DNA of 64,000 nt from Eledone cirrhosa (taxonomy: Eukaryota). Shown piece by piece: positions 52,423 to 64,000 of this stretch (positions within the stretch are counted from its first letter, which is position 1; each line of letters starts with the position of its first letter). The stretch lies in assembly GCA_964016885.1 (NCBI GenBank), contig OZ024746.1, positions 35,216,001 to 35,280,000 of the forward strand, written 5' to 3'. Under the pieces are notes generated by a model. That model had not been told where the DNA came from, made no database searches, and saw only the letters and a program-made list of their open reading frames with translations. Both the position numbers and the translations under genes were made by a program.

Positions 52423-54580
52423 TTATTTATATACATATATATATTTATATACATATATAAATATGTATATACATATATATATATATATACATATATACAT
52501 ATATATATATATACATATATATATACATGAAGAGATAGATATAAATTCAGAGAAGCAATTAAACATTAAACTTAAGCCATTTGGAGTATATAAGTTAGAC
52601 AAACTAAAATAAGTATGTTTCACTCATAAAATATCCCCAACTGTATGTTCTACAATTAAGAAACAATATTAATTATCTCAATTAATTAAACAAACAATAT
52701 TGGAAGAATTATTCCGTCCTCAGGGTGAATCTTTTGGCAGTAGAAACCATATTAAATAGATAGCATATATAGTATGTACTTATATATAGATATATATGTG
52801 TGCGCGGGTGGATGTGTGTGCATCTAGCCTAATTAACGACAGGAAGAGAGTGTTCTAATATGTTTTATCCGCTGTAAAATTGATACGTCATCGGATACCA
52901 ACAGTTTCTCAACATAGTGAGCTGACATATCATAATATGCAAGGATGACCCACTGACTGTTGGGGATTCTGTGAATGCACATGTAAATTTCCTGAGTAAG
53001 AAGACTCACTAATTAGTCACAATAAAGAATACTTATATATATATATTACATGTATTTGTGATAATGTTCAATCGAAATTGTGAATAAGCAAATGCAATCA
53101 CAGCAACTCAAATAGCCGCCACCTACGCACGGTGATCACAGACATTTAACGCAGGTATTATCATTTAGTCATAATCCCACCGGCGGACACCAGATTTTAG
53201 CTTAAGATACGATTTTATCGTATAAAGACACATTTTCAATTGTCTATTTCGTTGTTAACACAATTCCAGTGGCATGGTTTTGGCTGGCTGCATCGAATAC
53301 ATGATTACCTCGTGGTCGATGTAGTGTTTTATCCAAGGCACTATGGCGCAGTAGTTTGGCACATTATGGAAGATTCAGCGAAGGAAGAAGTGGACGAAAT
53401 TCTTGTGCTTCCATATATTCGTTGGACTGGTGACTAAATTTCCCAATCATATAGATGGATGATGCGAACAAGCGATCAACAGATACGTGTTTTTCTGCCC
53501 AGTTGCGTCTCTGACCTGGATCAGAGCTGGAATTTGAAGACAGAAAGATAAAGCACGCGCACGGTTGATGTGGATATCCACCTCTGATAAACGTATATTC
53601 CACTGTCGATAAGTTGAGATAAATACACTAGTCGTAACTTATTTTGAATTGTAGTCCTATTTCGATTTCTGCGATGAGTGAACTCGTTATTCGAACAACG
53701 AAACAACCTTCTCATGAAATTAACGTTCAAGTAGTTGGCCATTCCAGGGACACGCGGAAACAATGTATTTCTCAGGGAGATTCAGCGGGTCACAGAGGAT
53801 GCTAAGGGTGGATATTTGAATTACATGTACAAACATGAGCTTAAAAACGTGAGGTGATCAATCTAACCACTAAACCACGTCCCATAAATCTATTGTATTT
53901 TTGACAGGCGTACGTTGATTTAAAATGTGTTTCATAATCATTAGATGGCGGAGTCCATCACAATGCCAGACATACATTTTGTGCATGTATAATTAACCAC
54001 AAGGTCACAAATTGACGGAGTCCTTAGAACGTCGGGAAGAATGCTCTGTGGCATTCGTTACGAATCTCGAGTTCAAATCGCGCCAAGGTCAACTGTTCCT
54101 TGTATCTATTCAAGGTCAATAAAAAGGAATCCGTCAAGTACTGGGATCGATTCTTCCTCTATATCTGCTTTTCTCTCTCTCTCTATCTGGGTATAGTTCA
54201 CGATTTCACCGAACTTAAATTCATAGAAATCTGGGACTAGTCTCCTTCTTCCTCACTTTCTGTTGCCTCACCATTTTGTTTGTTTACCCTCGCGTCCCCT
54301 TTATTTACGTGTCCCAACGACTTTTTTTAGCCGTTGCTCGCACCAACCGGAGGTATATGGTCTTTAAAGCGATGAAATGCCTATGATAGTTGGAAGATCA
54401 CTGATGAAGGACACACTTTTTTCATATATAACCCATTTGCAACTCCGCAGCGCCCTTATTATCATATTTATATATATATATAGTAATAATAATAAATATG
54501 AAGACTAAAATCCAAAGAGGGCTCTATTAGGATAAATAATATCAGATATATAAGAACCGTAGAGCAAATATATATATATA

Positions 54581-55234
54581 TCCCATTGCAGAAACTAATT
54601 AGTTGGAGTGAAAATTTAAGTAAGAAAAAAATTTTTTTTAAATTTTTTTTAAAAAAATATTTTCTTATTTTACGTCCTTTATATTATTGTTCTGCATTCT
54701 CCTGCATTGAACCACCTAGGTACTATGACATAACCTGTGTATTTGCTGGCATGGGCGTGCATCTGTGCGCTTATGTTAGTTGATATATTAAATTATCTAT
54801 ATTTATCTCCAAATCACTGATTTGTCGAGCAAACTTGTCAAAACCACTTCTAAAAAAATTTTTTTTGGGGTGTTAGTAGGCGTCAGTCATCTTACCATCC
54901 CATTCCTTCTAACTAGCCTCTGTGTCACGTGATTGATTCTTTAGAATCGGCCATTTGACTTGAAGCAGTGAGAATTTCGGTACATAGAATCCAGTCCTCG
55001 CAAGCTGTTCGATCTACCGAATTATTATTATTTTTATATGAGCCGCCAGTGTCCGCGCATTGCCTGGAGACTTAACTGAGAATAGACTTCCTGATGACGC
55101 AATGAATTCTCGACAGTTGGATTACGTAACTGTCTTTATCCCATTGCAGAAACTAATTAGTTGGAGTGAAAATTTAAGTAAGAAAAAAATTTTTTTAAAA
55201 TTTTTTTTAAAAAAATATTTTCTTATTTTACGTC

Positions 55235-55242
<8 letters not shown>
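54581..55242 (+). mobile_element. 558-bp unit with ~103-bp terminal redundancy and a hammerhead; retrozyme-like / non-autonomous PLE-type element
   Basis: 54581-54684 repeats at 55139-55242 (offset 558). (TA)n on both sides. Confidence 0.75.
55086..55167 (+). ncRNA. Type I hammerhead with extended stem II (predicted cleavage after U55162)
   Basis: acuuc-CUGAUGA-c gcaaug [loop + gacaguu/aacuguc hairpin] cauugc a-GAAA-cuaauuag-UU-ggagu. Confidence 0.75.
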
Positions 55243-55270
<28 letters not shown>

Positions 55271-55311
55271 TATATATACTTATATATACGTATATATCTA
55301 TATATATATAT

Positions 55312-55509
55312 ATAGGAACGAGTAGGACCCCGACGGCTGGGCTCAAGCCGTTTCGACGGCTAATTCTGGACTGAGTCCAGAATTAGCCGTTGAAACGGCT
55401 TGAGCTCAGCCGTCGGGGTCCTACTCGTTACTATTACCCACTCTACTACCCTAAGTATTGAATAATTTGGTGCGTTATGATCCACCGGGTTCCTTACCAC
55501 ATTTTTTCG

Positions 55510-55511
<2 letters not shown>
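55312..55511. repeat. GC-rich fold-back element, copy 1 (61-bp arms centred on 55373, then a unique tail)
   Basis: 55312-55372 is the reverse complement of 55374-55434 with 3 mismatches. The tail tacccactctactac...ttcgt runs into (TA)n. Confidence 0.92.
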
Positions 55512-55592
<81 letters not shown>

Positions 55593-55702
55593 TAGTTATA
55601 TATAAATATATATAAATATGTATATACATATATATATATATATATATAAAATAAAGTAATTGAGTGAAATATTTAAAATTTGGCTTCGTTTATTAAAGAT
55701 GT

Positions 55703-55759
55703 ACTGCTATATATATATTTCGGTGACAGCCATCATTGGTTGTGATCTCTTCAGGCAGT
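55703..55759 (-). ncRNA. Type I hammerhead candidate, intact core, partly decayed stem II
   Basis: acugc-CUGAAGA-gauc acaacc aaugau ggcugu cacc-GAAA-uauauaua-UA-gcagu. Confidence 0.65.
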
Positions 55760-56032
55760 CCGAATTGGTGTCGTAGAGACAGGCACACATGTTGTTAAAG
55801 TGTTTTACTCCGTCAGTACTCTGATATGTCCAGCTCCTGGTTGGGTTGTTATTTCTCTGAGGAGCTGGAATCATATGATGGTATAATCCAGCACAGGGTT
55901 TCTGCGACACCTAAATCAATAATATTGTCAGCTTAAAAAAATAAGCTTTTGATATAATGATCGAACAAGGATATCTCTTTGTCAACAGGTAGTTTGTTAT
56001 GCGCCATATATGTATATTCACACACACACACG

Positions 56033-56063
<31 letters not shown>

Positions 56064-56100
56064 ACACACAAACACACACAAACACACACACACACACACA

Positions 56101-56134
<34 letters not shown>

Positions 56135-56139
<5 letters not shown>

Positions 56140-56343
56140 ATATTGAATAAATGGAAACTATATTTATAAAACCATATTTATTTTATTATATATATTTCAA
56201 GGGTACAAAGACAACATTGGTACGCTTTTATCAGATAAATACAATGATAAAAGCATACCAATGTTGTCTTGGTACCCTTGAAATATATATAATAAAATAA
56301 ATATGGTTTTATAAATATAGTTTCCATTTATTTAATATCATTG
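56135..56343. repeat. Palindrome, 99-bp arms with 11-nt loop, then a unique tail to ~56438
   Basis: 56135-56233 is the reverse complement of 56245-56343 with 3 mismatches. Confidence 0.93.
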
Positions 56344-56460
56344 AATATTTACTCCAGTAAATTGTTGAGTGCTCTATATCAGTTATAAACATTCATATTT
56401 GTCTGACTTCCAACAAATTGAATACCCCTTCTACTTATACACACACACACACATATGTAA

Positions 56461-56547
<87 letters not shown>

Positions 56548-56726
56548 TATATATATATATACATTTATATATATATTTATATATATACATATATATATAT
56601 ATACATTTATATATATATATACATATATATATGTATTTATATATATTTATATATTTATATATATATATTTATATATTTATATGTATTTATATATTTATAT
56701 ATTTATATATATATATATATATATAT

Positions 56727-56919
56727 ATAGGAACCAGTAAGACCCCGACAGCTGAGCTCAAGCCGTTTCGACGGCTAATTCTGGACTAGAATTAGCCGTC
56801 GAAACGGCTTGAGCTCAGCTGTCGGGGTCTTACTGGTTCCTATTACCCACTCTACTACCTCAAGTATTGAGTACTTTGGTGCGTTATGGTCCACCTGGTT
56901 CCTTACCACATTTCCTTCG

Positions 56920-56920
<1 letters not shown>
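56727..56920. repeat. GC-rich fold-back element, copy 2 (56-bp perfect arms, 5-nt loop)
   Basis: 56727-56782 is the reverse complement of 56788-56843. Homologous to 55312-55511. Confidence 0.92.
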
Positions 56921-57476
<556 letters not shown>

Positions 57477-57975
57477 CGCTCATACATATGTGTGTGTGTA
57501 TGTGTGTTTTCATGTGTAGGAGGCGTATTTGGATATGTGCCAGTATGGATCAAAGTTCCAGGTGAAGAAGGGCAAACTTCCAAACTCAATCGATCGGTTA
57601 TACATCTTAGAGATTCGGGAACCTTTAAAAAGAACGCCTGCTGCTTTTTGTAATTATTGGCTGTGTCTGCAGTAGAAGTTCTTGTTGTTGCTGCTCTTGT
57701 TCCTGTTTCTTTTATTTTTGGTAATGGTGGTGGCGGTAGTGTATTAATAATCGTGTTAATGGTGTAATGGTGCTGCGTTGGTGGTGATGGTAGTGTAGTA
57801 CGAATTATGGAGAATGTTATAATGGTAGTGGTGATGGTATGGCACTTTAGCAATGTTGATATCTACTGCAGTGGTGGTTATGAAGGTAGCAATGAGATAG
57901 AAATCGTGGAGCTTACTATGTTGTTTTTGCTATTGTTATTGTGTTTGTTTTTTGTCGATGATGCTGTTGATAATG

Positions 57976-58151
57976 ATTGTTTCTACTTTAGGCACAAGGC
58001 CAGCAATTACCCAGTGCATTACTGGTACTTTATGTTATCGACCCCGTAAGGATGAAAGGCAAAGTCAACCTCGGCGGGATTTGAACTCGGATCGTAAAGG
58101 GACGTAAGTATGCTGGAAAGCATGGCGTCCGACCCTCTACCGATACTGCCA
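57976..58151 (-). mobile_element. Major tRNA-derived SINE
   Basis: Reverse complement of the consensus, within GGT-rich low-complexity DNA. Confidence 0.9.
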
Positions 58152-58531
58152 GATGACGTAGTGATGGTGTTTATATTGTCGTGGTCGATCCGTTTGAAGG
58201 CTATATTGATTGTGTTTGTTGCGGTGATTGTAGTGGGTTGCTTATGGTGTAGTTGAGTTATAGATCGATCTTGACCGTTCAGACATATGACGAAAAGTAT
58301 TGCCTCCATGACCATTCTGTCTCTCCGACACCTAAAGTGTCTTTTGATTTCTGAAGATAACATGGTGTCATTTCAAGGTGATTTTTACAACAGATGCCGA
58401 AAATGGTGTTGGTGGTGGTGGTGGAGTTGGTAGTGCTGGTGGTATCGGTAGTGGTGGTGGGGGTGTTGTTGGTGATGCTCGTAGTGCTGGTGGTGGTGTT
58501 GGAGGTGTGTGTGTGTGTGTGTGTGTACGTG

Positions 58532-58568
<37 letters not shown>

Positions 58569-58716
58569 ATATATATACATACATATTTATATATATATGT
58601 GTGTGCATGTGTGTGTGTCTGTGCGTCTGTGTGTGTATGTATATATATATATAGATATGTATGTATGTATGATGGATATATGTATGTATGTGTATATATA
58701 TATATATGTATATATG

Positions 58717-58752
<36 letters not shown>

Positions 58753-60263
58753 AATATATATATATATAGAAATACTATCAGAAATAGCCGTAAAATGTTG
58801 GAATCTATTCTCAGATTTTCATTGTTCACACTTTTATTTCCCTTATATCGGTAATATATTAGTGAGTGGTCTCTACGAACTCTAAAGCCTCAACTCTCTT
58901 GCTCTTTCCTTTTCTACTCTCTCTTCCCCTTTCTCCCTGTCTCGCGTGGTCTCTGACACACATTCACAATCATCCTTTTCTCTCTGTTAATGTTACTTAT
59001 AAATATTCTGTCTTTTTATTCTAGATAACGAGATCGATAAGCCACTCTCAGCTAAAACATTTATTAATAAATCATCTCAGTTTAATCAACCTTAGATCAA
59101 AGAACTCGAACTTAAATACACACCATCAACACAAACTCGGGAATATTTACCTCTTCCGTCGATCTTTTTGAAATAACAGTTAACATTTCGCTTACACAAC
59201 AGCTTACTGTCTTTAAAAAGGAAGGACAATGTAGTTCTAGATAGTTTGACTAGAAGCTAAGGAATAACAAGCAAAGGTATATGTGTGAATAGTGTCACCC
59301 TATCTCCTAAAACACTCTACCGACCTTCCCTCATAGACTCCGCTAATACCATAAAAGATATGCTTTTTACAGTTTAGTGAGTGAGGGAAGTGAGTGCCCA
59401 AGGATACTAACACTGGTGTGAGGAGAATAGTAGCTTAAAATCTAATACGAGACCCAAATGCTACCAACATGGTGGAACATAGCTTTTTGAGTAATAGTTG
59501 ATCTAGAGTCAAGCAATATCTACAACATGAACAATAGCGGCAACGAAGGTTGTAGATCGGCTAGAAACATCAGCTAGAAACATCAGCTAGAATTCCTTCA
59601 AATTATACCCTATTGGAAATGAAATATTGTATCAGATACTCTTGTATGAATCCATTGATCATTATTCGACACGATTAGAATTTTAATTTTGGCATGTCAA
59701 GATTAGAATTTTGTATCATTGGCCTGCTATTTACGTTTTTACTTATAGCTCATCCGGATTAAGGTGTTGGTCATTGATCTGGCTCAGGAAAGTGGTCATT
59801 GCTCTGTCAAACTAGGACTTTGATTTTAGTTTAGCACAATTAGGACTTTTAGCATATGTCTACTTGATTATGTCTTTAAATTTGATCTGACTGATTAGGA
59901 CAGAATAGATCGGATAACAGAAATAAAGTTTCCATCGGTTTTTCTCTGGCTGATATTATCTGTCAGTCGCAACTCCTGGCAGAAGATTAGTCGTAGAATT
60001 ATTAGTTGGCTCCATTTGGATTTATTGCGTAGATCTGTTCGATCATACCATTGATCATACCAATCTAATTGGCTCTGTACACTAAATATCACGATATTAA
60101 TGTGGTTTGGTTCTTTGCATCACTTCAGACACTTAATTTAGTAAAGTGTCTGGACTGACGAAAGAGGAAAATACTTTTGCATGGCATCAGTAATGCGTAA
60201 TATATTATAAGAAGGGAGCGTGGATCTTCCGAGTAAAATAGCCACTGTACACCTCTACGCTTT

Positions 60264-60336
<73 letters not shown>

Positions 60337-61410
60337 GGGGGGAGAGAGATGATAGAGATGAGAGAGAGAGAAAAGATAGAGAGAGAGAGACACACACACA
60401 GAGAAAGATGGGTAAAAGGGTAAAGGAGAGATGAAATGTCCCTTTATCCGTCAGGCTTAGAGCAGATAAAAGTTATAGTTACATTATTTTTAATATAGGA
60501 TGTAGAGTAACGGTGAAATAAATCAATAGAGATGTATGATACAAATTCACGAATTCTATTTTACTATAATTTCTTTTTTTCAAATCATCAATGCAGGTAT
60601 ACATACATATACATACATACAGGGACGCGAAAAACAGAAAAACAAGAGGAAAATGGGCTATAGAAATATATCACGGCTGCTTTCTTTATTCGTAGCATTT
60701 CCGTCGAGTGAAAGAAACCATGTCTATGACCTCCACGAGTTTTCTAAAACAGACGCGATCTATATGGTTTAATCACCGAGACGCATCTTTAGCTATGATA
60801 GCTTGTGTGATGTAGCCAGGAAGATCATTCGACTGCTGGCCTTGTGCATATAGTAGAAATAATTATTATTGTTGTTCCTGTTGCGTTTTCTGTATATAGT
60901 AAACTTTCAAGTTATAAGCACGATGAAAAGAGAAGCTAACTGCATTGCGTTAATTTTCTAGTTGCTACATTTTATGATGTATTCAGTTATATTGTTGTCG
61001 CTTTAGTTCCTGTGCTTGCTCCATGTGAAAGGACACGTTTTACAAGAATAATCAGTAGCGCTTAGTATTCATTAAGCGTTCCAGCATGTGATTCCTATCT
61101 CAAAATAACTCGCAACAATTAGGCCTATGATGTAACATTTCGTTATATATATAATTGCGAGTTGACATTTGACCCTATTTATAACTAAAATGTTTATGAA
61201 TGGAAAACAAATGAAAGTGTTATTTTCTATACATATGTGGCTAATGTTTCAATGTGTTTTGTTCTACTAGTATTGATCGACTCTAGATGATAAGCCTCTA
61301 GATGATCGACTCTAGATGATAAGCCTCCTGAAAGTATTGAATTTGGCATATTTATACTTACATTTTCTTTTTCTTAAACGATTTCTTAGTAAGCCTTACA
61401 TTATTGTCAT

Positions 61411-61815
61411 TGGCAATATCGGTAGAACGCTGGAAACCTTGCTTCACCTCATAGTTACGTCCCATTACGTTCTGAGTTTAAATAACGCCGAGGTTAGCTT
61501 TGCCTTTCATTCTTACGGGGACGATAAAATAAAGTACCAGTCACGCATTGTTCCCCTTGTGCCTAAGTCAGAAATCATTATTAGTATTATCAGGGTAGTG
61601 GGTTGGCAGTATCGGTAAAGCATTGGATAAAATACTTTGTGGCATGTAGTTACGTCCCTTTGAGTTCTGAGTTCAAATGCCGCTGATGTTTGCTTTGCCG
61701 TTCATTGTTACGGAGTTGATAAAATAAATGACCAGTAACGTACTGGTGTCGATTTAATCGACTTTCCTCTCTCCATTCACATTGCTGGTCTTGTGCCAAA
61801 CTTAGAAATAATTAT
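61411..61815 (+). mobile_element. Two diverged SINE copies in tandem (61411-61580, 61592-61815)
   Basis: Each has tggca.tatcggta, ttctgagtt.aaat, ctttgcc.ttcat and gataaaataaa. Confidence 0.8.
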
Positions 61816-62504
61816 CCGTGTTATAATTTTTATAAATACAAATGTCATTGTGACCTGTGTAAGATACTAATTGCCTTATATTTTGTTTTTGTGAAGATTA
61901 TTTTAGTTTTGTTTGTCAAGTCAAATTTATTTCTAGTTTATTTCGTTTCCGTGCAATTGATTTCCATTTTTATATAACCAGAGCATCTTTCGAACTTCCT
62001 TTTGCGTGTCGTTTATTTTCATCTGTCGGTTAACCCGTATTTCGCTTATTAAATGACATATTGAATATAACAAGGGCATATGGTTAATATCTAAATCGTA
62101 TTTTAAAAATAATATATTTCGAAACTAAAATAAATATTTTATTTCGATTGCTAATTACATTCCCTGGCTTTTTTAGTTTTTGAGACACCACTATAGACTT
62201 TAGAAATTGATCAAACAAATCACGAGAGTTATCTTTCATATGCATGTTGATTAGATTGTTGTATGTGGCTAATAATGATTGCGGTGTTTAACATTAATTG
62301 AAGAAAAGATTCCAAACTTGTTGCTTAATTAACCGCTTTTATATCGGATTAAAAGCATTCATAATTGAAGAGTCTTTCAAATAGTTGAAGCTGATAAATG
62401 GATACGTTCTGAAGAACTACTTCACATTACTAATAAAAAGTTTAAACATACTGACATTTGGATAAGTTTTATTTTTTTATTTATAACACTAGGTTAAGGC
62501 CAAG

Positions 62505-62640
62505 AACTGGCAGAGTTGTTAGAACATCGGATACAGTGCTTTGTGATATTCGTTCCGACTACCTAAGTTCAAATCCCAGCGCGGTTAACTTTGCTTACAT
62601 CCTTTAAAAAAAGTACCAATCTAGCACTGGGATCGATTTA
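62505..62640 (+). mobile_element. Degenerate SINE (similar remnant at ~54005-54150)
   Basis: ctggcagagttgttagaac...agttcaaatcccagcgcggttaactttgc. Confidence 0.6.
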
Positions 62641-64000
62641 CCTTCTATAATTTTTTCTCGTGTCCTCTCTTTAATTTTCTATCATTCTCTGGAAAAAATC
62701 TACTGTATTCAATCCTGCAGAGGGAACGGTACCGCCAGTCCTAAAATGCGCAAGAAATGCTTTATTTTCAGCGCCCCTAGGACTCAAACAGGAGTTGCGG
62801 GAACATACCCTAGGATAGAATATTTAGCTAAGATATAAGTTGATATAAAAGAAGGAAAATTAATAAGAGTAGGTTAAAAAAGCATGTAGTGCCCTAGGAT
62901 CTATAATCGGAACTTTCGCTTTCGTACAGGACTCAACGGGAGACGTGGCCTGAAATCGATGCAAGTTTGAATTGGAATTAGCTGAACTAAATCCTTTATA
63001 AAATGTTTTCTATAAGATTTGACCATATATACTGGAAAATACATCATAATTATTTCTAAAATTTTCGATTGGATGAAAAAAAAGAATTAGTAAAAACCTA
63101 ATTCATTTAAGCATCAAATACAGTAATCACGGAAATACACCAGTTCCAAATTTATTTTCTACATTAGGAGATATATATCACAAAAGGCGACCAGATGGTG
63201 TTGATCTCCAAACTATAAGTTTTAAAATTTTAAGACATAGATCAAATGTATCTTCTTCTGGAAAATGTTCTCACCAGCCGAATCTGAAATATTTCTCCTA
63301 CCCGGAAATTGTATGTTTTCTACTCAAGCTTTCATTTCTCCGGGTATATCCTCTTCTTATTAGTGGCCTCGATTGATTTACGTTAATTTGTTTAGTTGAA
63401 ACTATTTTGCGAATTGTTTCCATACTAAGCCAAATTTTCCAAAGTAATCCCCTGTGGTTGATTCGCTAGGGTTGCACGTAACCATTTGTTAGATGGACAG
63501 CTAATAACTTGTCAACACCATTTCTTTCTTTCAATACACTTAACAAAAAAAGACTATTACGTTGCTAGAACATAAGAGCTGAAGAGTAAGAAAAATTCGA
63601 TTTGTAAGTAGTGGTAGTACAAGAAGATTAGTAAACGAGGTTTTTGAGGAAGTATAATTAGAGAAAAGAAGAAGGAAATTATCGACAAGATCCCAGAACT
63701 CATTCGCATACCGAGTTGGCTGGAACTCGTCAAATCGGAAACAATGTTTCCATTGGTCTTTCCATAGCTGATACTATCTATCGATCGCAACTCCTAGCAG
63801 AGTTTAGAAATTCAAGTATATATATTAATAAAGAGCTATCCATAGTTAACTGGTTCCCAACATTGCCTGTATTAAGAAATTAGGATATGTCTCTTATCTC
63901 TTCACAAATGGAAACTGAGAACAGGCTTTGGTCCGCAGAATCGTACATATGAGGGATACACCATTAATTCTAATAGCTTTGAGATTCTATCAAAGTGTGA

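Noticed and set aside
57720-58510. Pro/Thr/His/Gly-rich ORFs
   Set aside because: They derive from degenerate (GGT)n and (GT)n low-complexity DNA interrupted by a SINE.
61275-61327. 29-bp-period tandem duplication containing ctctagatgataagcctc
   Set aside because: A simple local duplication with no further structure.

Overview
AT-rich, repeat-saturated eukaryotic DNA. The SINE and microsatellite repertoire looks cephalopod/octopus-like (inference). No host protein-coding gene can be supported, and most ORF-track entries are translations of (TA)n/(CA)n runs. Recognisable content: a decayed Naiad-type Penelope-like retroelement (RT + GIY-YIG) at the left end; about 15 copies of one tRNA-derived SINE; two copies of a non-autonomous Helitron plus a third Helitron-like element; a TcMar-m44-like transposon end; a nest of R4/Dong and Tx1/L1 LINE fragments; and RTE and CRE-like fragments. 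The standout signal is a set of non-coding islands embedded in (TA)n microsatellites that carry type I hammerhead ribozyme motifs or are tandem, terminally redundant or fold-back. The clearest is a near-identical 3.2 x 465 bp array (7951-9434) with a perfect hammerhead in every full unit, a candidate retrozyme / ribozyme-processed circular RNA. A second, unrelated 558 bp unit has a long-stem-II hammerhead, and several more hammerheads and long palindromes occur. All folds were read by eye and none was computed or tested.
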